From Octopus vulgaris (Eukaryota), in contig OX597829.1 of NCBI GenBank assembly GCA_951406725.2, positions 30,194,001-30,258,000 of the forward strand: DNA of 64,000 nucleotides. The letters are read 5' to 3'. Shown here piece by piece: positions 12,712-27,058 of the stretch. The translations under genes were made by a program, and so were the position numbers. The notes beneath the pieces are model-generated. The model was not told where the DNA came from. It searched no databases and was given only the letters and a program-made list of their open reading frames with translations. Every line of letters starts with the position of its first letter. Positions within the stretch are counted from its first letter, which is position 1.

Positions 12712-13947
12712 TATGAGAGATTATGCCTATCATACATAGCTCATTTTAACTCATCTGAATTTTATGCAAGACCATTCACTTCTACAAAACCTGTCTGCCA
12801 GGATGGCACCATTCTCTAGATTTCTGTCAGTACTATAATGATTCTTTCTATGGTTAATATATTTGCTTCATCGTTGTCATGTGATTTTTTGAAACCAATC
12901 AGCAGTTAGTATTCTGTTGAGTTAACTTATGGTTATCTAAACAGAAGTATAGCTGCTATTTGTTTTGGCTCTTGTTAACTTTGGTCAAGCCTAGATAGAT
13001 TGATTTCTACAAGATTAATATATGTACATATATCTGATTTTTTTTCTCTATTTAGTGATGGCCTTTTAGCAAAAAAAAATTATTCTACAACAGAAATTAT
13101 TCTATTGCCATGAACATTTTCTACACGCATCCAATTGACTTTGTAAAATATAAAATGTTCATTTTCTATAGCACTTTTTCTAAAACAAATTATTTGACTA
13201 ATGTGTGTACATTTTTACAAACTCCTTTATGTATATTTAATGTGAACTAATCTTGTAAATTCCAAAGAAATTTCTCAAATTTGTATTCACAGAAACCACA
13301 CACTGTCTAATTAGTATTGCTTTATTTTACCAACAAGATTGGAAGAGGCCTGTTTTTTCTAATAATAGGAACAATTATTTATAATTCATTCTTGTTGTTA
13401 TATCTCAGAATAACTTTTAATTTCCTGACAAGTTGTTGAATGCAAAAACAACAAAATTGCAATAAATATTATTATCATGAGAGTACAGCATAAAATCAAT
13501 AGGAAACAGTGGTGGTTATGATTGGGGTGGATTAATATAAGTTAAACTTGAACAATATGGGTAGAAAGAGAATTCCAGAAGGCTTGCAACTTTGACCAGA
13601 AAGTGTTAAATAAGATACCTGGAAATGAAACACAGAGGAGATGGTGTATTGGATGAACACTAATGAAAAGTGTATAATAAAACTTGAAGAATATCTGAAA
13701 CTGAATACAAGACTAATAGAATTAAAGCAGAATTTACTTTTTGACCCTTTCAGTAATGATGAAAATCACATCAAGGTAATCACCATCTTTCCTTTTCCGT
13801 TGTGGGAATAAAATAAGTACAACGGTATTATAGAGAATCTGTTCAACAAACTGAACTTCTTCCTTTGCAAAAATTAGTTGTTGTTTAATTTCAAATCAGT
13901 CCTGGTGTGAATAGATCTATGACCAATGGCATTTTGGCCAATACTGC

Positions 13948-14259
13948 ATCATTGTCATCATCATTATCATCATCATCATCATAATTGTCATCGTCATCGT
14001 CATCATCATCATCATCATCATCATAATTGTTGTCGTCATTGTCATCATCATTGTCATCATTGTTGTCATTGTCATCAACATAATTGCTGTTATCATTGTC
14101 ATCATCATTATCATCATCATCATCATCACCATCATAATTGTTATTGTTGTTGTCAGTGTCATTGTCATCATCATCATCATTGTCATTGTTGTTTATATCA
14201 TCATTGTTGTTGTTATCATCATCATTGGTGTTGTCAGCGTTGTCATTATTATCATCATC

Positions 14260-14296
<37 letters not shown>
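13948..14296. repeat. Degenerate (CAT/TGT)n trinucleotide microsatellite
   Basis: Direct reading. It explains the poly-D, poly-H and poly-M ORFs. Confidence 0.95.
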
Positions 14297-14545
14297 ACCC
14301 CCTTGACATTAGTGTCCTGAGTCCTAGGACTCAGGGCTGGTAACCCAGTTTCCATGGCACATATAAATGACTGAGATCACAACACTTCCCCCTGGATGGG
14401 ACACCAGTTCATTGCAGGATTACCCATATTTGCCAGCTGCATGGACTGGAGCAACATGAAATGAAGTGTTTTGCGCAAGAACACGCCACACCTCACAGTT
14501 CAGGAATCAAAACACCAATCTTGTAATCATAAATGCAACAAACTA
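14297..14545 (-). mobile_element. tRNA-derived SINE family D
   Basis: tggactggagcaacatgaaatgaagtgttttgcgcaagaacac is the reverse complement of the core of the 35729-36100 element. Confidence 0.7.
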
Positions 14546-15171
14546 AATATTAGTCCACATTTCTTCATGTACTTTCACTACCAATATAAAAATCGATGTT
14601 GCTGTTATTGTCACTGCTGTTTGATAAATTTTGACCAAGATGAAGCTTCATGAAGTAGAACAAGGATCCGGCATGGTTATGTGGCTAAGAAGCTTGAAGT
14701 TTTAGGTTCAGATCCACCGTATGTCACTTCAGATAATGTTTTTTTTTAACCCTGGTACTTGGTTGAACAAAGTTATATGAGCGAAATTTGTAAGAAGGAA
14801 ACTAAGAAGAAGCCTGCAAGAAGAGCTGTTTCTGGTCTTGGGTAGTAGACCTAGTTCATTGCCTGGTTTGACTACCATTGGCCAAACCTTTGGCAATCCA
14901 CTCCTTTCTAAGATGGTTGACTTGACTGTTTTTTATACTAAAGTGGGTGAATCAAGTTGGAGCTTCTTTGTTGGCTCTTGGTTGTTGTTGTTGTTGTTGC
15001 TGCTGTTGTTTATTACAAAGTCAATTCTGATTGAGTAGACCTATGATCAAAGACAATTCAACCAGGACCATAACACTCCTCCTCCTCATCATTGTCATCG
15101 TTGTTGTCCTCTGCCGTCTTCTGTTTAAAGGCATAAGGGTTTACTTCAAAAGGGATTTTGTAAGAATTCAC

Positions 15172-15224
15172 CTCATGTCTCTGGTTGGAGGATAACTTCC
15201 TTCCACCAGAGGGACAAAAAGGCC
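15172..15224 (-). CDS. Candidate internal or terminal exon of an unrecognised gene ((R)PFCPSGGRKLSSNQRHE)
   Basis: Acceptor tatttattttcag and a weak donor G|gtgaat. The phase-1 start fits the 18422-18464 candidate. The frame also stays open to a stop at 15058, so it may be a last exon. Confidence 0.35.
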
Positions 15225-15763
15225 CTGAAAATAAATAGTAATTGGAATTGTCCTTCAATCTGACAAACCCATTAAAAAAAAACAAAAAAAAACGAGCATT
15301 CCAGCCATAATTTTCCTATCTATTTAGGTGTATCAAGGACTGCATTATCTAATATGTCTTTTCTTTAGAAATACAGATTGTGATTTAAGGGTCATTTGTT
15401 TGCTATTTCTAGTAATTCAAGCAACCACATGGAGGATTCATCATGGTCTTGCCAACATAAAAATTAGTTTAACTTTGTGTGAACTAAACAACACACTTAT
15501 GTAATTATAAGCTGTTATTTAATCAACTGAATGGCAAGATTAATTAAGTGCGTTAACGAACTGATAAGGAATATTGATTACGAAACCAGTTTTTCAATTA
15601 CCTTTGGCATTTTACAGTAAACTTGGGATATACCCCCTGAATTTCATTCTACAACAACAGGATAATATATACATACATGAATACGTACATTCATGCATAC
15701 ATACAAACAAACATACATACATATATGTACACGCATACATACATACATACATACATACATACA

Positions 15764-15796
<33 letters not shown>

Positions 15797-16284
15797 GTAC
15801 ACACTTACATACATATATACATACCTACATACATACATACATACATACATATATGTATATACATATATACTCATTCATACACATACACACACATATATAT
15901 TTACGTCTTAAACAAATAGCTTTGGAATGAAAGTTATAAATGTTTTAGTAAAGTGGGCATGAGTATATGTGATGCAACAAGCCAAGAAATTTGTGTTAAT
16001 TAAAATTACATTTTTAGTGATGAGAACTAATCATTATCTAAATGACTAATTCTGATAAAGAATTCTAGGGGAGACAATCTTGAAGTTTTAACTGATTAAA
16101 ACCAAGTAGAAATATAATGCAGTGAAGTGTGAGACAGCTAGAATAGTGATGTTTTGAAGATGTAAATATACAAAGTAATAAAGGAACCTCTATGCAGTTG
16201 CCTAATTTGCAAGGAATTTTAGTTAAATATTCCTCAAATTGCTCTATATTGTCTTATCAAAAGTGATACATATTGGACAATATA

Positions 16285-16521
16285 TCTTTTACTTGTTTTA
16301 GTCATTAGACTGTGGCATTGCCTTGAAGGGTTTAGTTGAACAAATCAACTCCAGTACTTATCTTTTTATTCTAAGCCTTCTACTTATTCTACCTCTTTTG
16401 CCAAACTGCTAAGTTATGGGGATGTAAGCAAATAGCACTGGCTGTTAAGTGGTAGTGGGGAACGAAAACCCATACACACACACACACACACGCACACATA
16501 CACACACACACACACGCGTGT

Positions 16522-16559
<38 letters not shown>

Positions 16560-16785
16560 GACTTCTGTGTCTGCTTTGGCATGGTTTTTATAGCTAGATG
16601 CCTTTGCTAACACCAACACCCAGCAGAGTGGACTGAGTGCTTTTCATGTGGCTTCATTCAGTTTCCATCCATCAAATCCGCTCGCAAGGCTTTGGTCAAC
16701 CTGGGCTATTGTAAGAGACACTTGGTGAAGGTGCGGTGCTGTGGAACTGAATCTAAAACCATATGGTTGAGAAACAAGCATTCTG
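16285..16785 (-). mobile_element. SINE family A with an inserted RTE-tail-like fragment
   Basis: Reverse complement of the family A tail and head around (CA)n. An insert at ~16560-16650 resembles the RTE/Meta-like tail. Confidence 0.7.
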
Positions 16786-17119
16786 TATGAGTTTCTGTGT
16801 GTATGCATACATGTGCATGTGTTTGTAAATATACATGTGTGTAAGCTTGCATGCTAGTTAATAACAACCAATGATGGTTTTGTTGCAACCCTTTACAATG
16901 TGTTACCTTGCAGTTTGACAAATACGTCTTGATGAAATAAGTATTGGACTGAAATGAAGACTAGGGTTGATATAATCGGCTAAAGCCCTTGAGGATGGTG
17001 CTCCAGCTTGGTCACAGTCCTGTAGCAGAAACCAGTCAAGGTATATCAATATCAACAGTATTATACCGTTTTTATTCCTGTTAAAATGAAAGAGCATTGT
17101 TATAGTTTACTACCTGATA

Positions 17120-17170
17120 TCATTGTCACCACCACTGTCACCACGCCACACCACACCACACCACACACAT

Positions 17171-17230
<60 letters not shown>

Positions 17231-17281
17231 AAACCACAAATCCCCTCCCCATCATTGTAATTGTTATCATTATTGTCATCG

Positions 17282-17324
<43 letters not shown>

Positions 17325-17390
17325 CAGAAGCAGCAGCAGCAGTATTATCATCATTGTCATTGCTATAATCACAATAATCAAAGCCATTGC

Positions 17391-17426
<36 letters not shown>

Positions 17427-17515
17427 CAATTGTTATCCTTGTCATCATAATTATTGTTGTCATCATCATCATCATTGCCATTATCATATCATAATTGTTG
17501 TCATCATCACCATCT
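17120..17515. repeat. (CAC)n/(CA)n/(CAT)n microsatellite block
   Basis: Direct reading. Confidence 0.95.
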
Positions 17516-17679
17516 TGCAGGGAAATTGCATCTGATGATCTAGCAATTCTGAAGCATTGCTCTGCCTATTGTAGGCAATGTAACTGAAAAATGCTTTATT
17601 TGCAAAGAAATCAAATTCAGTTCAGCATGAATTAGAACTTTAAACTGATAGTGGTGAGGGTCAAGGATAGAGGGTAGGG

Positions 17680-18090
17680 TTGGTGGTGGTGGTGATGGTG
17701 GTGGTAGTGATGATAATGATGATGATGAGGGTAATGAGATGGAGGAAGAAGGGGAAGAGGAAGACAGTGATGGTGGTGGTTGTGCTGGTCATGGTGGTGG
17801 TGGTAATAGTGGTGGTGATGATGGCAGTGATGATGAGGATGATGATGATGATGACGACAATGAAGACAACGATGATGACAATGGTGGTGGTGGTGGTGGT
17901 GATTGTGATGACATCAATGGTGGTGGCAGTGATGACAATGATGATGACGATGATAGTCATAGTGATGATGATGATGAAGATGATGATGATGATGGTGGCG
18001 GTGATGACAATGATGATGACAACGATGATGATGACGATGATGGTGAATGGTGATGATGATGATGATGATGATGATGTGGATGATGATGAT
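17680..18090. repeat. (GAT/GGT)n microsatellite block
   Basis: Direct reading. Confidence 0.95.
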
Positions 18091-18421
18091 ATACTCTATA
18101 TAGTTTCTATTTATATTGACGTCACTGTTGAAAGATAACTCCAGTCACCTGTACTGCTTCACACTAACAGTTTTCTGTATGTTTGTATTTACATATCAAT
18201 TTTTCTTGTTTGTTTGTTTCTTTTTTTTCTTTTTCTTTTTGCATTTGAGACCCTACAAGTTTTACTGAAGACAAGACAATTTATTTAAAGATAAGAATCT
18301 ATAAAAAAAAAAAAATATATATATATATATATAAAAGGAAAGAAAGAAATCCTGTTTTTATAAGCAGACTATATAATCAGCTTTACATACTTTGAAATGA
18401 CTTTTCAGGGAAAACACTCAC

Positions 18422-18464
18422 TCTGATCTGAGCAAGATTTAGTATTATATTGACTTAATTTGGT
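18422..18464 (-). CDS. Candidate 43-nt internal exon (TKLSQYNTKSCSDQ + 1 nt) of the unrecognised minus-strand gene
   Basis: Acceptor cattcctgtttag and donor gtgagt. Only frame 0 is open, matching the phase-0 end of 28751-28900, and its phase-1 end matches 15172-15224. Confidence 0.35.
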
Positions 18465-18617
18465 CTAAACAGGAATGAAACACATTTGCAAACTTTATTA
18501 ACTGCCTTCATCTCTGCAAATGTTTCGAGATTTTTGTGGAAGGTGTTTTGGGAAGATGCATGCACACACACATACATGTATGAGTGTGTGTTTTGGTGTA
18601 TACATACAAATACATAT

Positions 18618-18666
<49 letters not shown>

Positions 18667-19269
18667 AAAAATAAAAACGGAAAATATGCACCCTTACATG
18701 GTTATAGTATAATTTTTAATGTATCGACCAGTTTTGCAATCGCTATTCATGATACAATGTTTAATTTATATGAAAATATATTTTTTCTTAAGAAGAAAAT
18801 GGGTCCATGTTGTTTATAATGAGATTCACGAGTGAATATATCATTGTCATCATCATCACCACCACCTCCATCATCATCATTATCATCATCGTCATTGTTT
18901 AATGTCTGTTTTCCATGCTGGAATGGGTCTGATGGTCTGATAGGAGTTGGCAAGCCAGAGGACTGCACCTAGCTCTACTGTCTGCTTTGGCATGGTTTCT
19001 ACAGCTAGATGCCCTTCATAAAGCCAAACACTTTATAGATTGTTTTGGCTGCTTTTTTATGTACCAGGGAGGTCACCAAATAGCTTGCAAGAAACAGACC
19101 TTTCAACTGGTCTTGAGGGTGAGAGTGAATTAATGCAATGTGTGAGTGGTGAGCACATAATACACAGAACTTTCAGAAATCAGTTTTACTGAGGTAGGCA
19201 GGTCTTCCTTCAAACTTCATATCACCAGATACCTTAGTCCATTGTCGACATACAACTTACAGACATGGT

Positions 19270-19400
19270 ATAGTGGAGAGTCCTGTTGCCAGACAGAGAG
19301 TGTTCCAGTAGCCACCCTCTTGACCCAGGGCAGCACTATCTCCTCCAGGCACTTGATGTAGGCCTCTGTGTTTAGTCTGAGGCCCTGTGGGAATTGTCTG
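19270..19400 (-). pseudogene. Tc1/mariner transposase fragment
   Basis: PQGLRLNTEAYIKCLEEIVLPWVKRVA....VWQQDS, the region around the second catalytic Asp (WQQD). Confidence 0.7.
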
Positions 19401-20156
19401 TTGGTGAATTGTCTGTTGATGAATTGTCTGCGCGCGCACACACACACACACACACACATGAACAATGCACATACATACATATACAGGCATACATATATAT
19501 GTATGCATGCATTATAAAATGTGGCACAAGACAACAAAGGAATGCATGGAAAACAGGAAGAAAAACACAATAAATGTGGAAATGCTCAATCCCTCACCAG
19601 TTATTGGTTATTAGTCTCTTTTTGCCTAAATATCAAATTAGAGGGATGTAAACAAACAAACACTGGCTGTCAAGTAGTGGTAGGAGACAAACACACACAT
19701 GCATGTACACACACATGCACACTCACTCGCACACATGCATACGCGTGCGCACACACACACATGCACACACAATTTCCATCTACCAAATTCACCCAGAAGG
19801 CCTTTATTGGCCTGGGGCCAATTAAAGACACATGTGGAAGGTGTTTTCTTGTGGGACTGAACCTAGAACCATAGTTGCAAAGCAAACTTCTGAACCATAC
19901 AGCCATGCCTGTGCCTATATATATATATAAACAAGGGCAAAAGAAAAAAATTCTAATGCCAAATATGCCAAAAATAGACAAATTGTCAATAACCACATAA
20001 TTTATCACTATAAACATGCGTCTCGAAGTAAGGTGACAGAAATTTCTAAAAAATTCCGTCATTATCGTATCGGTCCCAATTTCAGAGTTAATTCATAAGA
20101 ATTTTCCCCTCATCAGCGATAAATACATAAGACATAAATGAAATACTTACCCATAC

Positions 20157-20201
<45 letters not shown>

Positions 20202-20654
20202 TATATTGAAATAATTATTTTTCCATCCAGGCCACCTTCCATTTGTAAAGTATATGTACAGAAGTAAATATATGTAATTTTTGCCTTTAACAGCATCTTT
20301 AATGATAGCACATCTCAACTAATTGATGAAACTAACCTTTCAAGTGTTTATGTATATTTACCTGTGCATACATCTCATATACATACACATGTGCGTGCGC
20401 ACACACACACACACACATGCTTAAACAAAGACACAGATGCATACAGATTCATAATCACATTCAAGGGCAGTGTACTGCAATAATTGATCTGTTTTCTCAA
20501 TCACTAACTGATACTAATAATTCACAGAAGAGAAGCAAAACTCACAAAGAAAAACTGAACTCACACTTGTACACATGTTACATGTTAATGTGTCTGTGTC
20601 TGCATTTCCATATCTGCTTCTCTTCATCTGTTTTGTCCTTGTATGTATGTTTAT

Positions 20655-21060
20655 ATCTTTTATCCTTTACTAGTTTCAGTCATTAGACTGTAGCCATGCT
20701 GGAGCACCATCTTGGAGAATTTTAGTTGAGATCAACTCCAGTACTTATTTCAAAGCCTGGTACTTATTCTATCGAGTTTTTTTGTCAAACTGCTAAGTTA
20801 CAAGGATGCAAACAAACAACAATGGTTGTCAAGAGATAGTAGCGGACAAACACAGACAAAAAGACACGCACGTGCATGCTCACAAACACACACACACACA
20901 CACGATGGGTTCCTTTCAATTTCTGTCCAGCAAATCTGCTCACAAGACTTTTGTTAGCCTAAGCCTGTAGTAGAAAACACTTGCCCAAGGTACCAGACAG
21001 CGGGACTGAACCTTGAACCATGTGGTTGGGAAACAAACTTCGTACCACTCAGCCACACCT
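20655..21060 (-). mobile_element. SINE family A
   Basis: Full reverse-complement match including acacttgcccaagg and gggactgaacc. Confidence 0.8.
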
Positions 21061-21413
21061 GATTTAAACAAAAATGAACTAAGAGAAATAATGCCAAGTG
21101 GCTAGTGCCGTGTATTTGAATATTCTCGATTTTTTAAAACTACATCTAATGCTAAGGGATGTATCACAATCACCAAATAGCAATTAAGATCTGCTCCATA
21201 TGAGAAGGGGAGATAATCTCAAGAATCAAGAATTCTCCAAATATGAGAGGTCATTAAAGAAAAGGACAGGTTTATTGTTCGGAGACAAGAGGACAGTTGC
21301 AGAGTGAACACTTGTTTCTGGCTCAATAACTGTCATCAGCATGACAGTTGTCCAACCTTATCTCCAGTGGAGAGGGGACTTTGATTTATAGAAAAATATA
21401 ACAAGTACATACT

Positions 21414-21590
21414 GGCACAGGTGTAACTCTGTGGTAAGAAGCTTGCTTCCCAACCACATTATTCCAAGTTCAGTCTCACTGCGTGGCACCTTGGACAAGT
21501 GTCTTTTACTATAGCCTTGGGTTGACCAAAGTCTTGTGAAAGGATTTGATTGACAGAAACTGAAAGAAGCCCATCATACATATACATGTA
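21414..21590 (+). mobile_element. SINE family A, 5' half
   Basis: gtggtaagaagcttgcttccc...ggcaccttggacaagtgtc...gaaactgaaagaagccc. Confidence 0.8.
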
Positions 21591-21631
21591 TATGTCACTC
21601 TATGACTGAACATAAACTTAATTACTTTTAG

Positions 21632-21697
<66 letters not shown>

Positions 21698-22284
21698 TAT
21701 ATATATATATATGCTAGCTGAATAGTCCATGTTGCCGGGCAATTTTTACAAAAGAATGTCTTATATAAAGTTATGTTTATTCCATGTCAGACCATGTTTT
21801 TCCCCCAATAGATAAGCTTCTTGATCAGGACAGATTTGCAATTTTTTGCAAAAAAAAAAACTTCATTGAGGATTTTTTCTCTTTTAAAATTATTTGCATG
21901 TCTGTTCAACTGTTTCACATAATTTATTCATTAAAACTTACTAAAACTTCAGAAGTTCTTACTACTTTGGTCACCGTAATGCTTTGCTTTTGTTTGTTTA
22001 ATAAAAATTCCTCCTCGTAATGAATTTGCTTTCATTTTGTGATAGCTATCGCAGAAAATGCCAGCTTCCAAATCCTGTTTTTTGATTAGATAAAATTGAT
22101 TAAACTTTAAACCTCAGTAACATTTCTTTGCAATTTTTCTGGAACAAATAATGAACAAAATTGGATTTAACATGGAAAATCATTTCAGTATATCAAATTT
22201 GAAAATTTTGATGCAATTTTGAAATTTCACAATATGTGACAGCAACAGGGAAGACTCTACAAAAGTACAGACAGTTATAGAACG

Positions 22285-22318
<34 letters not shown>

Positions 22319-23669
22319 GCATGCAAACACATACACAAACACACACACAAACATTTACAAACACATACACAGGTAATGATGAGTTTAAAATTGTGTATAG
22401 TATGTATGCATGTATGTATGTATTTATGTACGTATGTATATGTATATGTATGTGTCTGTGTGTGAATGCTTCTTTGAGATGGACAGCAAAAAAGTCACCT
22501 GTAGACAACTGTTGTCAACTTAATCCCTCTCTCCTTAAAACTATGTATTCCTCACACCCACCTTTCTTTCCCTTCCTCGGTATTTTAAAAGTTACTTATG
22601 TGCATGTGTATATGTGTGTGTTAGTGCATTGTGTGTGTGTGTGTGTGTGCATGCATGTATCTATGTATTTACGAAAGTATATATGCAGTGTTGTGTGTTT
22701 ATCCCTGAATGACATCTGTATTAATGTTATCATCTCACTGCCACTCCATACTTGTCGCTTACACAATGCTGCTTTCCCCTGCCCTGATATTAGCCACACT
22801 TACTATGCTACCATATTTCCCTCACACTAGCACTCTTTCACCCTTCTCATTTTATCAAAATAATATCCCTGCTGCATTATAGGTTTTTATTGAAATCCAG
22901 TTAGCCTATAATTGAACTAGAAGTTAGTTTAACATGTATGTAAAGTTTTGTCAAGATTGGTTCACTGGTGTGGGCAGCAAGATAGTAACAGACAGATTGA
23001 CAGACAGAAATTGCCATTTATGTATAAGATATATGGTTATGTGTTTGTGTATGTATTTGTGTCTTTGTTTGTGCTCCCCCACCATCATTATTTGACAGCT
23101 AGTGTAGGTATGTTTACGTTCTCGTAACTTAGCAGTTCGGCAAAGGAACTGATAGAATAAGTACAAGGACTTCAAAAATAAGTCCTGGTAGGAAATTGTT
23201 TGACAGAATTACTTCCAGCATGGCCACAGTTAAATGACTGAAACAAATAAAAGAATAAAAGAATATACACATATGTGTATTTAGTTAGTTATTGTAATCA
23301 AACACAGACACACACACAAAATATATACACAATATCATATAAGTGTGTTTCGATGTGTTATCATGTACGCTATTGTTTGATGTTCACAGCTTCTGACTGT
23401 TTTTTTGTTGTTTCCCAGATGGTAGACTTATAATCAAACATGTTTTCAAGATGTTATAAAAATAGCAGCCAAATCTTCATCAAACCACACCCTACATGTT
23501 AAATTATATGTGTGTGTGTGTGTGTATGCGTGCATGTGTGTGTACAAGTGTGTGTACGTGAGTGTGTGTATATATATATATATATATATATGTGAGTATA
23601 TATATATGTATATATATATATTGAGTATAGAAATTCGGGGTGAGTACTTGATAATTATATATATATTGA

Positions 23670-23725
<56 letters not shown>

Positions 23726-24410
23726 GTGTATACGTGTATGTATTTAGTATAAAAAGAAAGTCAGGAAGTATGAGACAAATATATTTTACCAGTTGATATC
23801 CTATGGATATATAAAAGGTTTTCTTAAATATAAAAGGAATACAAAAGGTTTTATGAAACTTTGCACTTTGTCAGGTGCATTCTACTTTCTCACTTTTTAC
23901 CTTTAATATCACAATACTTTAAGCAAACTACAATGCTCTGTTGCATACATACATACATAAATACATACATACATACATATAACAGACCGATGTAGTCCAC
24001 TTGAAGCATTGTAATATGTATGTATATATTTATCTATATGTATGTGTGGTATGTGAGTGAGTGTGTGTGTGTGATTGCATATGTGTGTGTATGTATGTAT
24101 CTAAGTGTCAAGCAACAGTCTATTGTTAAAACTTAAGGTGAGAAAGTGCTGATCTGGTAATATCTGCACGTCAAGGTCAAAAGGGTGTCATACCAAATTA
24201 AAAACAATGTGAACTAAAAAAATTTTTATCTGTCTTTATTCTTCCTCGTCCTGTGTGCCCCAAGAAAAGTTAAAAATATTCCAGGATGATTAACTGTGGC
24301 TCAGTTTCTGGAATAATTCTTTTAGAATTGTTATAGGATTAATTCTGTAAAATTCAACTAATATGTGTCAGTATACATACATATTTATACACACATGTAC
24401 AATATATACG

Positions 24411-24523
<113 letters not shown>

Positions 24524-24904
24524 CAAATAAGAAAATGGACAAACAAACTTAGTTTGTTCATCAACTTTCATATATTAGAATGTTGGATTATTTATTCATT
24601 TAACAAAATGAGAACCATAACAGCATACGTATATATCTTATAATTCAATACATATAAGATAAGAATACAAATTATAAAAATCATAATATAAATTATTGAA
24701 ATCATTAAAATCACTTCTTACAGCTGTTTCAGCCTATGGCTAAAAGTAGTTATTTAAATTTTTATTGCCTATAATTGTCAACATAATGAGGTTGTAGGCA
24801 TTTAAAAATAGGGTACTTATATATATAACCATCTTTACCAACAGTATATTGGATAAATACTATCCCTTAGTGGGTTACACCCATAACCCTTAACTTACTT
24901 TGTA

Positions 24905-24949
<45 letters not shown>

Positions 24950-25490
24950 CCGTGTATGTATATATATATATATATACACACACACGCACAGACACACACA
25001 CACATATATATAGAGAGAGAGAAAGAGAGGGGAGAAAGATAGTTATGGCTGGTTCATTACATTACCTAAAGTTTTGCGTCCATAAAGCACTTTGCTTACA
25101 TACAGCTTGTCAAACCCCAAAGGTTAGTGTCCTATAAACTCTCTTTATTGAAGAGAGCTTATATGAACCACCCATAATTATCTTTCTCTAGGTATTCAAC
25201 TGCTCTATAACTTAGAATGTGACTTCTTTTAAATTTATGATTTACTGACAATATATGAATATATATATATATAACAAAGTGAAGTTGTAAGGTACTGCAT
25301 GAGTGGAAATATATATGAAAGAAGGTTTGAAAATGTAATTTTAAAGATGTCTATTCACTTGACTGGTTTCACTTTTTTAGATAAAGATTGTCGAAAGTAA
25401 AATGTAAAAGCTTTGTATAAGCTTTGTTGTGTTAAGTACTTGTTGTCACAAAAGTATTAGAATACATATATATATTCTTTGATCAAAAGA

Positions 25491-26323
25491 AATCAAAATA
25501 GATGAACATCAATGGAATTTGTATCTTTGTGGTACCAGTGCTGGTGGCACACAGGAAAACCATCCGAACGTGGCTGTAGCCAGTACTGCATCGACTGGCC
25601 TCTGTGCTGTGGGCACATAACAAACACCATCCGATCGTGGCCGTTCGCCAGCCTCATCTGGCACCTGTGTCGGTGGCACATAAAAACACCATCCGAAGAC
25701 CCGGCAAGACTAGTCAGGCCATAACCCGTGGGCCCTACCTGGGACGTAGTCAGTCCACCTGTGCATACCTTCCTTCTTGTGACACTTGTGAAGACCTGTT
25801 GAGGCAAGTGAAAATTAAATCAAATCAAAACAAGCCAAAATAGATGAACATCAATGGAATTTGTATCTTTGTGGTACCAGTGCCGGTGGCACACAAGAAA
25901 ACCATCCGAACGTGGCTGTAGCTAGTACCGCATCGACTGGCCTCCGTGCTGTGGGCACGTAACAAACACCATCCGATCGTGGCCGTTCACCAGCCTCATC
26001 TGGCACCTGTGTCGGTGGCACATAAAAACACCATCCGAGCGTGACCGTCTGCCAGCCTCGTCTGGCACCTGTGTCGGTGGCACAAAAAAAACACCATCCG
26101 AGCGTGGCCGTTCGCCAGCCTCGTCTGGCACCTGTGTCGGTGGCACATAAAATCACCCACTACACTCTCGGAGTGGTTGGCGTTAGGAAGGGCATCTAGC
26201 TGTAGAAACACTGCCAGATCTGACTGGCCTGGTGTAGCCTTCGGGCTCCCCAGACCCCAGCTGAACCATCCAACCCATGCTAGCATGGAAAGCGGACGTT
26301 AAATGATGATGATGATGATGATG
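25491..26323 (+). mobile_element. RTE LINE 3' UTR with a ~342-bp duplication and ~57-bp tandem subunits, (GAT)n tail
   Basis: caaaatagatgaacatcaatgg occurs at 25494 and 25836. Units caccatccga.cgtggccgttcgccagcctc.tctggcacctgtgtcggtggcaca are repeated. The element ends ggttggcgttaggaagggcatc...cggacgttaaa(tga)n. CpGs are largely retained, suggesting a young copy. Confidence 0.75.
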
Positions 26324-26439
26324 AATAAGAAAATGTTAAAAACAGTTTACAAGAAAGTATTTAAGAAAATATTCAACAATGCCAGTTTGTCACACTTTTT
26401 CAACTTTAATAAGTCCTTTCTACTGGAAGCACAAGTCAA

Positions 26440-26600
26440 TTACATCGAGTCCAGTATGTAACTGGTACTAATTTTATTGACCCCGAAAAGATGAAAGGCA
26501 AAGTTGATCTTGGCAGAATTCGAACTCAGAAACTAACAGCAGATGAAATACCGCTAAACATTTGTCTGGCTTACTAACGATTCTGCCAGCTTGCTGCCTT
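26440..26600 (-). mobile_element. SINE family C fragment
   Basis: Matches the 37107-37338 element (ccccgaaaagatgaaaggcaaagt...ttctgccagc). Confidence 0.75.
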
Positions 26601-26614
26601 AGTAAAATATAATA

Positions 26615-27058
26615 ATCTATACATATAAAGCTGAGTTGTCTGTGTGTGTGTGTGGCAGGTTTGGTAGCCTTCAACTAGCACTATCTCCTCTGAGACCCTG
26701 TGGTGCAAGTTGACCAAAATTAAGAGTATACTAGAAGAAGGCTTGCTCTTCATTCCATAGAAGAAAAAATTCAAATCGGACCATATTAAGACCAAAAATT
26801 ATTTACATCGAAAAAGTGCTTTTTTTCTATGAAAATCCCTATTTTTTACGATTTTTTGACTGCTGTGTTGCCATTTTTCAGTGTATTTCAACCAGGAAAA
26901 TGTTCACTTAAAGAGAATAACAAGTTACATAATGCAAAATTTTTACTTTTCAAAAAAGATTAAAACTATGTCAAAACTTTGTTAACACGACATCAAAGTC
27001 TGCCATTTTAAGTGCAACTAAAAAACAAACCTGAGCAATGCTGGGCTATCCTGCTAGT
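26615..27058 (+). mobile_element. Non-autonomous Helitron-like element
   Basis: 5' TCTATACATATAAA. At the 3' end a degenerate hairpin (cctgagcaatgctgggc) is followed by CTAG|T. Confidence 0.6.

Noticed and set aside
7974-12733. YIYI/CVCV/HTHT ORFs here and throughout the window
   Set aside because: Dinucleotide microsatellite artefacts.
13891-18138. Poly-Asp/His/Met/Ile ORFs
   Set aside because: They are translations of trinucleotide microsatellites open in several frames and on both strands.
25560-26155. CRISPR-like regularly spaced repeats with hairpins
   Set aside because: The units are contiguous tandem repeats without unique spacers, there are no cas genes, and they run into an RTE (GAT)n tail.
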